This document shows positions 17,999 through 26,980 of a stretch of DNA of 33,481 nucleotides, in pieces. The notes beneath the pieces were generated by a model. It saw nothing but the letters and a program-made list of their open reading frames with translations, was not told where the DNA came from and ran no database searches. Numbering within the stretch: the first letter of the stretch is position 1; every line of letters begins with the position of its first letter. Where the stretch lies: the sequence record SRR31156797_22474; one strand, written 5' to 3'. Both the position numbers and the translations under genes were made by a program.

Positions 17999-19528
17999 TC
18001 ACCATTGGCTGATGGGGAAGGTTAGACAAATATGCGCACCCCGTAAGCGTTCACTGTCGCTGACATTGATGGTGGCTGAGTGTTCATTGAGAACTTGTTG
18101 AACGATAGAGAGCCCAATCCCTCTGCACCCAGACTGGTGCTTTGGTTTCGTGCTGAAAAAGGGTTGGAAGATTTTCAGTTTGTGCGAATCTTCTATTCCA
18201 ATACCACTGTCTTCAACCACCACTTTTATTTCACCATCTGTTTCGTAACAGCAAATAATGATCGTACGCTCACTGGTTTTCGCCGCTTGTATGGCATCAA
18301 TGGCATTATCGATTAACTGCTTTAACGCAAGAATAAGCCGGTGAGACATGCCATTGATCGTGGATATACGGGGAGACAATATCAGCTCAAGATTGGTGGA
18401 GGATTTAAGTAACTCATCGGTGCTGATATCACTGACATCACGAATGACCTGATTTAGGTTCACTGGCTGAAAAGCTTCACGACTGCGTTCAGGAATCGCC
18501 AGCTTGATATCCTGCATAGCATCTAGCGCACTGTCCATCGCTTCATCCATCGCGACCAGTCCAGGGCATGAAGGATTGGTTCGTTTGAGAATACGTACCG
18601 CCGATTCAATCATGTTGAATGGGCCTTGCAGTTGATGCAGCGTGCCCATTAATGCTTCCTGCATTGCATGAACGTACTTGTTGTCGCGCGCCATTAATTT
18701 CATCGCGTTGATCCGTCGCTCCTCAACGAGCTGCTTTTCGCGCGTTCTTTCTGAAATCGCGATGACGGTGTACTCATCATCCTCGGGGAGGAAATAGGAA
18801 TCGACAGAACTGCCTGAAATCGGAGCTTTGACTAAAGCGTATTCGAACCAGCGTTCGCGCACGGGTTCTTTACTGGCAACGTAAACACCTTTGTAACGAC
18901 TCTCTTTTTTCCCTAAAAAGTCGGTAATGGAGTCGTGGCCATAATCATCGATCAGACTGTTTAGTAACGCTTCAATGGGGGACTGGTTGATGCTCTTTTC
19001 AATATGACTGAATTTCTCATTGCTGAACAGAACATTGTGAGAGCGGTCGACTAATGCAATGGCTATTGGCGCGGCATTGAGTACCGCCTGGAACATGGCG
19101 AACTGGTTTTTTTGTTCTGTGACACGCTGGTGGCGTTCGGTAATATCGCGGTGAATCGCGTAATAGCACACTTTGCCATGAGGATGCGATAAACGAGAGA
19201 TTGAGATCTCTGCTATGTAAGCTTCGCCATTTTTCTTGCGGTTGACGAGCTGCCCTTGCCAGTGATGACCTTCAGAAATGGTTTTCCACAGACTTTCATA
19301 AATCGATTTGGGCGTTGCTTTATACGAAAGAAGTGAAGAGTTGTTACCGATCAGCTCTTCATAGCTATAACCCGTAATGTCTGAAAATGTCTGATTTACA
19401 AAGAGAATGGTTCCCTTGTGATCCGTAATGCTGATCGCTACTGGTGCATGTGAAACGATTTGTTCAAATGCTTGATAATCAAATACGGGTGGCGTTGAGC
19501 CCTCTAATAACGTGTCTACTTGTCCCAT
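17999..19528 (-). CDS. nifL: NifL redox/nitrogen-sensing anti-activator (PAS-PAS-GHKL)
   Basis: PAS1 '[21 protein letters not shown]', H-box-like 'LHQLQGPFN', N/G1/F/G2 boxes; upstream of nifA. ATG 19528 has an AAGGA RBS and lies downstream of the predicted promoter. Confidence 0.95.
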   Translation of the reverse strand: MGQVDTLLEGSTPPVFDYQAFEQIVSHAPVAISITDHKGTILFVNQTFSDITGYSYEELIGNNSSLLSYKATPKSIYESLWKTISEGHHWQGQLVNRKKNGEAYIAEISISRLSHPHGKVCYYAIHRDITERHQRVTEQKNQFAMFQAVLNAAPIAIALVDRSHNVLFSNEKFSHIEKSINQSPIEALLNSLIDDYGHDSITDFLGKKESRYKGVYVASKEPVRERWFEYALVKAPISGSSVDSYFLPEDDEYTVIAISERTREKQLVEERRINAMKLMARDNKYVHAMQEALMGTLHQLQGPFNMIESAVRILKRTNPSCPGLVAMDEAMDSALDAMQDIKLAIPERSREAFQPVNLNQVIRDVSDISTDELLKSSTNLELILSPRISTINGMSHRLILALKQLIDNAIDAIQAAKTSERTIIICCYETDGEIKVVVEDSGIGIEDSHKLKIFQPFFSTKPKHQSGCRGIGLSIVQQVLNEHSATINVSDSERLRGAHICLTFPISQW

Positions 19529-19573
19529 AAGTGCTGTCCTTTGCTCTGTTTGGTCCTTCGGCAAAGTACACAA

Positions 19574-19589
19574 TGCATTTCTTATTCCA
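19574..19589 (-). promoter_or_regulatory. sigma54 -24/-12 promoter of nifLA
   Basis: TGGAAT-AAGAA-ATGCA (GG-N10-GC) 45 nt upstream of ATG 19528. Confidence 0.7.
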
Positions 19590-19632
19590 CATGAAAACTA
19601 ATGACATTGTGGGGCTTGACTTAACATCACCT

Positions 19633-19648
19633 TGTTTGATTTAGGACA
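19633..19648. promoter_or_regulatory. NifA UAS 1 in the nifL-rnfA intergenic region
   Basis: TGT-TTGATTTAGG-ACA. Confidence 0.75.
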
Positions 19649-19671
19649 AACGAGCCGATAATTCTCCACTT

Positions 19672-19687
19672 TGTCACCTTTCCGACA
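19672..19687. promoter_or_regulatory. NifA UAS 2 in the nifL-rnfA intergenic region
   Basis: TGT-CACCTTTCCG-ACA (extends to TTGTC...GACAA). Confidence 0.88.
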
Positions 19688-19779
19688 ACGCTATTTTCTT
19701 CATTTTTGTAGTGCTTAGTTGAGCGTTAAGGTTCGGTTTCACAGGGCTGGACGAATCAAAGTAGTGCAAAAATAACCAC

Positions 19780-19795
19780 TGGCACAGGCTATGCA
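19780..19795 (+). promoter_or_regulatory. sigma54 -24/-12 promoter of the rnf operon
   Basis: TGGCAC-AGGCT-ATGCA, near consensus TGGCAC-N5-TTGCA. Confidence 0.92.
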
Positions 19796-19856
19796 CCAAG
19801 CTAGTGAAAGCTCCATAGCTTCTGTTCAAGCGATGGATTAGAAAAGGAATGGTGTT

Positions 19857-20432
19857 ATGTCTGAAGGATTGATTATTTTGCTCAGTGCGGCGTTTGTTAA
19901 CAACGTGGTTCTGGCTAAGTTTCTCGGTCTATGTCCATTTATGGGCGTATCCAGCAAGATCAGCAGCGCGGTAGGGATGGGAGTTGCGACGACATTTGTA
20001 CTGACCATCGCTACGGTCTCAACCTGGCTGTTGGAGTTTTATGTATTGAGACCCTTAGGTCTCGATTTCATGCGTATCATTGCTTTTATCCTCGTGATCG
20101 CCGCAGTGGTTCAGTTCACAGAACTCTATGTGAAGAAGAGCTTCCCTGCGCTTTATCAAGCACTCGGTGTCTATCTACCACTCATCACCACCAACTGCGC
20201 TGTGTTTGGGGTGGCTTTGTTAGCGGTACAAGATGATCTCTCATTCATTGATACGTTGATGTTCAGTGTTGGCTCTGCTGCGGGTTTCTTAATCGTCATC
20301 ACTTTATTTGCTGGACTACGCAGTCAGTTAGTGTTGAGCCGAGTCCCTGCGGCATTCAAAGGCACCCCAATCGCATTTATTACCGCGGGTTTCTTATCGA
20401 TGGCCTTCATGGGCTTTTCTGGAATGGCTTAA
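19857..20432 (+). CDS. rnfA: Rnf electron transport complex subunit A
   Basis: 'NNVVLAKFLGLCPFMG', 'LGVYLPLITTNCA'; multiple TM segments. Confidence 0.96.
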   Translation: MSEGLIILLSAAFVNNVVLAKFLGLCPFMGVSSKISSAVGMGVATTFVLTIATVSTWLLEFYVLRPLGLDFMRIIAFILVIAAVVQFTELYVKKSFPALYQALGVYLPLITTNCAVFGVALLAVQDDLSFIDTLMFSVGSAAGFLIVITLFAGLRSQLVLSRVPAAFKGTPIAFITAGFLSMAFMGFSGMA

Positions 20433-20475
20433 CTGACAGCGCTCACCATCATAAGACGGTCAAGGAGGACTGACG

Positions 20476-21009
20476 ATGTTAATCATGGCATTAGTATTTT
20501 TTATCAGCTTAGGAGGATTGCTCGGGGTGGCTCTTGGGTATGCAGCCATTCTGTTTCGTGTTGAGAGCAATCCATTGGTCGACCAAATTGAGTCCATTTT
20601 ACCTGGTGGACAATGCGGTCAATGCGGTGAAGCTGGGTGTCGTCAAGCTGCTGAAAAAATGGTTTCCGGTGAGCTAAACCCCAGTTCTTGTCCTCCGGGA
20701 GGGGCTAACCTTGCCGTATCTGTTGCCGAGATGCTTGGCGTATCGATTGACGTTGATGAGCAAGATAAACCCTTGGTTGCTTATATTGCGGAAAGTCAGT
20801 GCACCGGTTGTAACCGTTGTTATAAGGCTTGTCCGTTCGATGCCATTGTTGGTGCGCCAAAGCAAATTCACACCGTGATCAAAGATGTCTGTACGGGTTG
20901 TCAGCTATGCCAAAAAGCGTGTTCTCAACACTGTTTAAATATGGTGGAGGTTGAGCCAGATGCATCCAATTGGTATTGGCCGAAACCCACACAGCCGGTT
21001 GCGGTATAG
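20476..21009 (+). CDS. rnfB: Rnf subunit B (Fe-S)
   Basis: N-terminal TM, 'LPGGQCGQCG..GC', CPPGG, two CxxCxxCxxxC motifs; AGGAGG RBS. Confidence 0.96.
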   Translation: MLIMALVFFISLGGLLGVALGYAAILFRVESNPLVDQIESILPGGQCGQCGEAGCRQAAEKMVSGELNPSSCPPGGANLAVSVAEMLGVSIDVDEQDKPLVAYIAESQCTGCNRCYKACPFDAIVGAPKQIHTVIKDVCTGCQLCQKACSQHCLNMVEVEPDASNWYWPKPTQPVAV

Positions 21010-21018
21010 GAGCTGATT

Positions 21019-22740
21019 ATGTTGAGTTTAACAGGGTCACCGTTTCGTGGTGGCATTCATCCTAAAGCGTATAAAGAGCTGACGAAGGACAAGAAAATTG
21101 ATACGGGTTTTTGGCCTCGTAATATCTACCTGCCATTGCAGCTTCGCAACGGAGCGCGACTCAAACCGCTAGTTAAAGTGGGGGAACACGTTTACCGCGG
21201 GCAAAAAATCGCAGTCGGTCACACGGATATGATCGCGCCGATACATTCGTCAGTGAATGGGATAGTCACTGCGATTACCGAGCATTTAACGACACATCCG
21301 GCCAAAGTGAAATGTGAAACCATTATTATTCGTGCGAACGAAAACCGCCAGTGGGGAGAATCGGCGGTGACCAGTAGTATTCAAAATTTAGCACCGGAAG
21401 CCATTATTGAGCGTGTGAAAGAAGCGGGAATTGTTGGCTTAGGTGGAGCAGGATTTCCTACGGCGGCGAAACTGATGTTTGCACGTAAAGGGAAGGTAGA
21501 TACGCTGATCATTAACGGCGGGGAGTGTGAACCTTACCTAACCTGTGATGACCTCACCATGCAGACTTTTGCTTCTGAAGTGGTTTCTGGCATCAAGTTG
21601 ATGATGAGTGCAAGTGGCGCGAAAAAAGCCATTGTGGGTATTGAAGACAATAAGCGTGATGCTTTCGATGAGATGCTTCATGCTGCCAATGCAGAGCCGG
21701 ATATTGAAATTCGTCTGGTACCCAGCGTTTACCCTATGGGGTCTGAAAAGCACATGATAAAAACCCTAACCGGACATGAAGTCCCTGCTGGTGGCTTATC
21801 GACGCAAATCGGTATTTTGGTCAACAATATCGCCACCGCTCGCGCTGTGTATCATGCGGTTCGTTTCCAACGTCCACTGGTGTCACGCATTGTGACGGTT
21901 TCTGGTCAGGGGATAGAGCAGCCATGTAATCTCGAGATACCGATAGGTACGCCCGTCAATGATGTGATCAACTACTGTGGTGGATTGCGCGCCAGCACTG
22001 AACGACTGTTGTTTGGAGGCCCGATGATGGGGCAGGTGATCCCGTCACTTCAAGCGGCTGTCGATAAGACGGTTGGGGGCATTCTCGCTTTAACAGACGA
22101 TGAGGTGATTGACGAATACAAACATCAAGAATGTATTCGTTGTGGACAGTGTGTTCGTGCTTGCCCTATGAACTTAATGCCTTTTCAGATGGCAGCTTAT
22201 ACACGTGTTTCAGACTTTAAACGTGCTCAAGATCTTGGCGTGCAAAACTGTTTATCTTGTGGTGCATGTAGTTATGTCTGCCCTTCTTCCATTCCTTTGG
22301 TTCAGTACTTTATGCACGCGAAAGGGGTGATCAACTCCAATGCACAGCAAGAAAGGAAATCGGCTCAAGTTAAGGCATTGAATGAAGCTCGCAAGCAGCG
22401 CCTAGAGCAAGAGGCATTAGCAAAACAAGCGGCTAAGTCAGCCAAGCGTCCGGGACGCCCTTCAAGAGGGGCTCCAGTAGCCACTGCAACAGAAGGCGCA
22501 GAAAAACCTGCTCGTCCAGCGAGACCCTCTCGGCCTTCACGTAGTGGTTCTGCCGAGAGCATAACTGCTGAAACTGTCGTCGCAGCAAAACCTGAACGTC
22601 CAGAACGACCAACAAGACCCGCGAGAAAACCACGCAATGAAAATGTGGATGCTGAACAAGTTGAAGCTGTTGCTGATAAACCTCAGCGACCCGCTCGTCC
22701 ACCAAGACCTCAACGCAAAGTGAGGGAGGAACAAGCATGA
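21019..22740 (+). CDS. rnfC: Rnf subunit C (NADH/FMN-binding, 2x[4Fe-4S]) with Arg/Pro-repeat C-terminal tail
   Basis: 'GGIHP', 'GIVGLGGAGFPT', 'NGGECEPYLTCD', 'CIRCGQCVRACP', 'CLSCGACSYVCPS'. Confidence 0.96.
   Translation: MLSLTGSPFRGGIHPKAYKELTKDKKIDTGFWPRNIYLPLQLRNGARLKPLVKVGEHVYRGQKIAVGHTDMIAPIHSSVNGIVTAITEHLTTHPAKVKCETIIIRANENRQWGESAVTSSIQNLAPEAIIERVKEAGIVGLGGAGFPTAAKLMFARKGKVDTLIINGGECEPYLTCDDLTMQTFASEVVSGIKLMMSASGAKKAIVGIEDNKRDAFDEMLHAANAEPDIEIRLVPSVYPMGSEKHMIKTLTGHEVPAGGLSTQIGILVNNIATARAVYHAVRFQRPLVSRIVTVSGQGIEQPCNLEIPIGTPVNDVINYCGGLRASTERLLFGGPMMGQVIPSLQAAVDKTVGGILALTDDEVIDEYKHQECIRCGQCVRACPMNLMPFQMAAYTRVSDFKRAQDLGVQNCLSCGACSYVCPSSIPLVQYFMHAKGVINSNAQQERKSAQVKALNEARKQRLEQEALAKQAAKSAKRPGRPSRGAPVATATEGAEKPARPARPSRPSRSGSAESITAETVVAAKPERPERPTRPARKPRNENVDAEQVEAVADKPQRPARPPRPQRKVREEQA
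22444..22720 (+). repeat. four (RPx)n peptide repeats in the RnfC tail
   Basis: KRPGRPSR, KPARPARPSRPSR, KPERPERPTRPAR, KPQRPARPPRPQR separated by Ala/Glu/Val linkers. Confidence 0.85.
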
Positions 22741-23738
22741 TTAAGTATGACGCTGCGATAGGGCCATTTGCTCACAACGCAAATTCCAGCACACGCATTA
22801 TGTACACCGTGATATTGACCTTGTTACCTGCCTGCCTGTTTGGTTTTTTTCAGTTCGGATTAAACAGTGTGCTGTTGATGTTAGCCACTTGTTTAGCAGC
22901 GGTAGTGACCGAGTGGCTCTGTCTCAAAGCAATGAACAAAAACGCAGCGGCCTGCATGGATGGTTCTGCATTATTGACCGCCGTATTACTTGTGATGAGT
23001 TTACCGCCAACATTTCCGGTAATGCTTGGTGTGTTTGGTGTGGTATTTGCCATCTCATTGGGCAAACACATTTATGGTGGATTAGGGCAAAACTTGTTTA
23101 ACCCTGCGATGTTGGCGCGAGTCATGCTGCTGATTTGTTTTCCAGTTCAGATGACGTTGTGGGCTGACCCGACCCCAATCGATTTAAGCCACAATCTGGT
23201 ATCCGTTCCTGACGGTTGGTATCAGTTTGATGGTGTGACTTCCGCTACGGCGTTAAGTAGCGAGCGCTCGCAATCTATCGCGTTTTGGGATCTGTTGTTC
23301 GGTCAACAGTCCGGTAGTTTTGGTGAAACCAACGCGCTGTTTATTCTACTTGGCGGGTTGTATCTTTTGCATCGTCGTATTATCCATTGGGCGATCCCAA
23401 CCTGCTTCATGATGGGTCTTGGAGTTCCAGCCATGATTGCACATCTCATCTCACCTGAAACGTATTTACCATTCTGGGTTCAATGGACCAGCGGGGGGGC
23501 AATGCTCGGCGCATTTTATATTGCGACAGATTTGGTGACCTCGCCAACCAGTGTTCGTGGACAAGTTGTATACGGTTTTGGCTGTGGTCTGCTGGTGTGG
23601 TTAATCCGAACATTTGGCAGTTACCCTGAGGGCGTGGCCTTTGCGGTGCTAATGATGAATGCAGCGAGTCCGTTGATCGACTATTACATGCGGCCTGATG
23701 TGTTTGGTGGCCGCGTTGTCACGGAGAAGTCATCATGA
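22737..23738 (+). CDS. rnfD: Rnf subunit D
   Basis: '[17 protein letters not shown]', FMN-attachment-type 'DGVTSAT', 'ATDLVTSP', '[10 protein letters not shown]'. Confidence 0.96.
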   Translation: MIKYDAAIGPFAHNANSSTRIMYTVILTLLPACLFGFFQFGLNSVLLMLATCLAAVVTEWLCLKAMNKNAAACMDGSALLTAVLLVMSLPPTFPVMLGVFGVVFAISLGKHIYGGLGQNLFNPAMLARVMLLICFPVQMTLWADPTPIDLSHNLVSVPDGWYQFDGVTSATALSSERSQSIAFWDLLFGQQSGSFGETNALFILLGGLYLLHRRIIHWAIPTCFMMGLGVPAMIAHLISPETYLPFWVQWTSGGAMLGAFYIATDLVTSPTSVRGQVVYGFGCGLLVWLIRTFGSYPEGVAFAVLMMNAASPLIDYYMRPDVFGGRVVTEKSS

Positions 23739-24343
23739 TCGAGCAAATAGAGAAATACAAACATCGAGTTGGCTACCAAGCAGGACTGTTATCTGTCACT
23801 TGCGGTTTGGCAGCGATCCTTTTGGTGCTAACGCAATGGCTGACTCAGCCAGTGATAGAACTGCGGATTGCAGAGGATCAAAATGCGCTGCTTGGTGAGG
23901 TACTGGGTGGTCAGGAATACAGTAACGATGTTTTCGCAAACGGCAGTGTTATTGAGTATCAAGGCGCCCAATATGACCTTTTTCCTGTTGAAAATGAACA
24001 GAAAGAGCTGATTAGCTGGGTGATCCGTGGTGAACAGGATGGCTATAGTGGACCTATTCATTTCTTGGTCGGAGTGACTTTAAACGGCGAAATCATCGGT
24101 GTGCGCATCATTAGTCACAGTGAGACGCCGGGGCTGGGCGATAGAATCGAAATTGCGAAAAGCTCTTGGGTACTCAGTTTTGCCAAACGTTCATTAGAAA
24201 ACACGCCCCTGTGGGCCGTAAAGAAAGATGGTGGTGATTTCGACCAGTTTAGTGGGGCGACCATTACACCTCGCAGTGTCGTGAAGGGCGTTCATAAAGC
24301 GTTACTGGCATTAGAACAAGCACAGGAGGCCCGCAATGAGTAA
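23735..24343 (+). CDS. rnfG: Rnf subunit G
   Basis: 'GYSGPI', 'HSETPGLGD', FMN-binding '[11 protein letters not shown]'. Confidence 0.96.
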   Translation: MIEQIEKYKHRVGYQAGLLSVTCGLAAILLVLTQWLTQPVIELRIAEDQNALLGEVLGGQEYSNDVFANGSVIEYQGAQYDLFPVENEQKELISWVIRGEQDGYSGPIHFLVGVTLNGEIIGVRIISHSETPGLGDRIEIAKSSWVLSFAKRSLENTPLWAVKKDGGDFDQFSGATITPRSVVKGVHKALLALEQAQEARNE

Positions 24344-25037
24344 TTCTACTTCTATCAAAGATAATAACGTGGATTATAAAAACATTATTCAACAAGGACT
24401 TTGGGACAACAATATTGTTCTAAGTCAGTCACTCGCTCTGTGTCCGCTGTTAGCGGTGACCAGTAGCGCGACTAACGGTTTAGGATTAGGGATGGCAACC
24501 TTGGTGGTTATGGTGCTCTCTAATGCTCTCAATTCCCTAGCAAAAGGTGTAATCAGTAAAGCGGTTCGAATTCCGGTGAATGTTATTATCATCGCGACTC
24601 TCGTTACGGTTATTGACGCTTTATTAAACGCCTATTTGCATCCACTGCATAAAGTGCTGGGGCTTTTTATTCCCCTGATTGTCACCAACTGTGCCATTTT
24701 AGGCCGGGTTGAATCTTATGCCAGTCGTTCGGCCGTCATCCCTTCCGTGATTGATGGTGTGTTCATGGGGCTGGGCTTCACATGGGTTTTAACCGTGCTT
24801 GGCGGCATCCGAGAAGTCGTCGGTAGTGGGACATTGTTTAGTAATGCCAGCCTATTACTTGGGCAAAGCTTCTCGTTCTTAGAAACCACGGTGATTCCGG
24901 ATTATCACGGTTTGTTGTTGGTTATTTTGCCACCGGGCGGATTTTTAGCGCTAGGTTTGGTTTTGGCTCTAAAGCAGAAGCTCGAATCGGTCGTGCAGAG
25001 CAGTCGCATTGAGAAGTTGGCAGCGCAAGGAGAGTAA
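24336..25037 (+). CDS. rnfE: Rnf subunit E
   Basis: 'LCPLLAVTS', '[12 protein letters not shown]', 'ILPPGGF'. Confidence 0.96.
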   Translation: MSNSTSIKDNNVDYKNIIQQGLWDNNIVLSQSLALCPLLAVTSSATNGLGLGMATLVVMVLSNALNSLAKGVISKAVRIPVNVIIIATLVTVIDALLNAYLHPLHKVLGLFIPLIVTNCAILGRVESYASRSAVIPSVIDGVFMGLGFTWVLTVLGGIREVVGSGTLFSNASLLLGQSFSFLETTVIPDYHGLLLVILPPGGFLALGLVLALKQKLESVVQSSRIEKLAAQGE

Positions 25038-25039
25038 TA

Positions 25040-25300
25040 ATGAAGGTCAGTGTGGTTTATGCCTTACCCACGGAACAGGTTTGGCTTCCTGTGACAGTGG
25101 AAGAGCAGGCGACGGTACTCAGTGCCATTCATGGCTCAAAAATTTTGGAAATGTTCCCGACGATTGAGCTGGATAACCAGAAGGTGGGGGTTTTCGGAAA
25201 AATAACCACATTAGATGCACCTTTGAAAAGTGGTGACCGTGTAGAAATATACCGTCCCCTTATCTGGACACCAGACGATGATGACGAAGACGACGATTAA
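25040..25300 (+). CDS. rnfH: RnfH ubiquitin-like protein with acidic tail
   Basis: 'VSVVYA', 'KVGVFGK', 'GDRVEIYRPL'; ends DDDDEDDD. Confidence 0.93.
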   Translation: MKVSVVYALPTEQVWLPVTVEEQATVLSAIHGSKILEMFPTIELDNQKVGVFGKITTLDAPLKSGDRVEIYRPLIWTPDDDDEDDD

Positions 25301-25316
25301 TGTCGTGTTTACGACA
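25301..25316. promoter_or_regulatory. NifA UAS for nifF
   Basis: TGT-CGTGTTTACG-ACA, an extended palindrome TGTCGT-N4-ACGACA. Confidence 0.88.
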
Positions 25317-25332
25317 AAATGTCTTTTTGTTG

Positions 25333-25363
25333 TGAGTTATTGATTTTAACTTATTGATTTTAA
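25333..25363 (-). promoter_or_regulatory. tandem IHF-like sites (13-bp direct repeat TTATTGATTTTAA)
   Basis: AATCAATAAGTTA (25359-25347) is a perfect WATCAANNNNTTR; the second copy (25345-25333) has one mismatch. Confidence 0.75.
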
Positions 25364-25375
25364 ATGCTGTAATTT

Positions 25376-25391
25376 GGGTATGTCGTTTGCA
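25376..25391 (+). promoter_or_regulatory. sigma54 -24/-12 promoter of nifF
   Basis: GGGTAT-GTCGT-TTGCA (GG-N10-GC). Confidence 0.8.
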
Positions 25392-25450
25392 ATACCTTTC
25401 AGGGAAGAGACTGATAAGTCCCTAGGACACAATTTTTCAAGGAGTGATGT

Positions 25451-25987
25451 ATGGCTAAAGTAGGCATTTTTTTTGGTACCGATACGGGTAGCACACGCAA
25501 AATGGCAAAGCTGATCCAGAAGCAACTAGGTGATGAAGTTGCGGATAAGCCAAAGAATATCAATCGAGTTGATGCTGCGGAATTTACCAGCTATGACTAT
25601 CTAATTTTGGGCACACCTACTCTAGGAGATGGTCAATTGCCGGGGTTGTCTGTTGACTGTCAGGAAGAGAGTTGGGAAGAATTTCTTCCAAACTTTACCG
25701 GTATGGATCTGACAGGAAAGAAAGTGGCTCTATATGGCTTAGGAGATCAAGTTAGTTACAGTAATGAGTTTGTTGATGCGCTCGGAGAGCTGTATGACTA
25801 TGTTGCAAACTGTGGCGCTGAAATGGTCGGGTTCTGGCCAACAGAAGGCTACGAGTTCAATTCTTCTAATGCCGTGGATGGTGATGAGTTTGTGGGATTA
25901 GTAATTGATAAAGACAATCAGTCTAGCCTCACTGAACAACGTATAGCCGGTTGGCTGGAACAAATCCGTGCTGAAATGGGGCTTTAA
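25451..25987 (+). CDS. nifF: long-chain flavodoxin NifF (electron donor to nitrogenase)
   Basis: 'GIFFGTDTGSTRK', 'ILGTPTLGDGQLPGL', 'GLGDQVSYSNEFVDALG'; own NifA/sigma54 promoter. Confidence 0.93.
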   Translation: MAKVGIFFGTDTGSTRKMAKLIQKQLGDEVADKPKNINRVDAAEFTSYDYLILGTPTLGDGQLPGLSVDCQEESWEEFLPNFTGMDLTGKKVALYGLGDQVSYSNEFVDALGELYDYVANCGAEMVGFWPTEGYEFNSSNAVDGDEFVGLVIDKDNQSSLTEQRIAGWLEQIRAEMGL

Positions 25988-26089
25988 TCTATTTAGCACT
26001 CTCAGTTTCTTAACGGTGGTTGGTGCGTTCCCACATTACGCCGGCTTACAGGCAGTCGAGCAACCATCGTTAAGTTCTTTATTGAATTA

Positions 26090-26114
26090 CGGGCTTGTTA
26101 AGTTAAAAAGCCCG
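26090..26114. terminator. hairpin between convergent nifF and vanR
   Basis: CGGGCTT / AAGCCCG inverted repeat; weak U-tracts. Confidence 0.5.
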
Positions 26115-26121
26115 CTTTCAA

Positions 26122-26790
26122 CTAATCGCCAAATATATCAACATAGTCAAGTGTCACATTAGCATGCTCTTTCATTAATGCTTCAGCTCTGGCGCCTTGC
26201 TGATTAGCAATAGCGTGCACAATGGTATGGTGCTGCATGTGTGCAATATAAAAACGTCGATATTCCTGCTCCATTTTGTCGAAGTTGAAAGTAATAGAAT
26301 CTACCGTGCCGAAGGGCATATGCTCATTTTTTTGTAATGATGATGCAATGGCTGGATTACCACTCGCTTCTAGTACTAATGAATGAAATTTCTTATTAAT
26401 TTCATGGTATAAGTTGAGGTCACTTTCCGTTACGTACCCTTTTTCAAAAATTACGTCTCCTATTTTTAGACATTCCAGGAAACCTTGATGTTGAACTTCA
26501 GTTATCCCTTTCTCAGCCGCTTGTCGAGCCGCTAATCCTTCGAGAACACCTCTTACTTCAATAGCACCAATAATGGTTGTTTGTGTAATTTCTCTAACAG
26601 AATAACCTCGGCCTTTAAGCTTATTTAAAAGGCCTTCTTGTTCGAGTGAGCGAAAAGCTATGCGTACCGGAGTTCTGGAAACACCAAGACGTTCAGCCGT
26701 TGGTAGTTCTGCTAGTCGTTCCCCTTGGGCTAATTCACCAGACACGATCATTCGTCTTAGTGCTGAAACTACTTCTATTCCAGAGCTCAA
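26122..26790 (-). CDS. vanR: GntR/FCD family transcriptional regulator (VanR)
   Basis: GntR HTH 'AERLGVSRTPVR', FCD domain 'N..FH...QH..I'; divergent from vanAB; TTG start with GAGG RBS. Confidence 0.85.
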   Translation of the reverse strand: MSSGIEVVSALRRMIVSGELAQGERLAELPTAERLGVSRTPVRIAFRSLEQEGLLNKLKGRGYSVREITQTTIIGAIEVRGVLEGLAARQAAEKGITEVQHQGFLECLKIGDVIFEKGYVTESDLNLYHEINKKFHSLVLEASGNPAIASSLQKNEHMPFGTVDSITFNFDKMEQEYRRFYIAHMQHHTIVHAIANQQGARAEALMKEHANVTLDYVDIFGD

Positions 26791-26934
26791 AATTCACTTA
26801 CCTCATTTAACTTTTCTGGTGATTATCATGATGCATTTACACATCGAAATATAGCGTTTCAACGTTAACAAAAATTTAATGTTTTTCGAAGTGGAAAGCA
26901 AAACTCTGATCTTTTATTGCACTATTTAATCAGA

Positions 26935-26946
26935 ATTGGATCCCAA
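26935..26946. promoter_or_regulatory. VanR operator-like box 1
   Basis: ATTGGATCCCAA, 10/12 to the Caulobacter VanR operator ATTGGATCCAAT. Confidence 0.65.
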
Positions 26947-26980
26947 AATTAGCAATATTGGCTGTAAATTTTAGTTTTGG

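Noticed and set aside
19529-19573. ORF-track TTG start of nifL at 19573
   Set aside because: It abuts the predicted -12 element and would lie upstream of the TSS; ATG 19528 has a proper AAGGA RBS.
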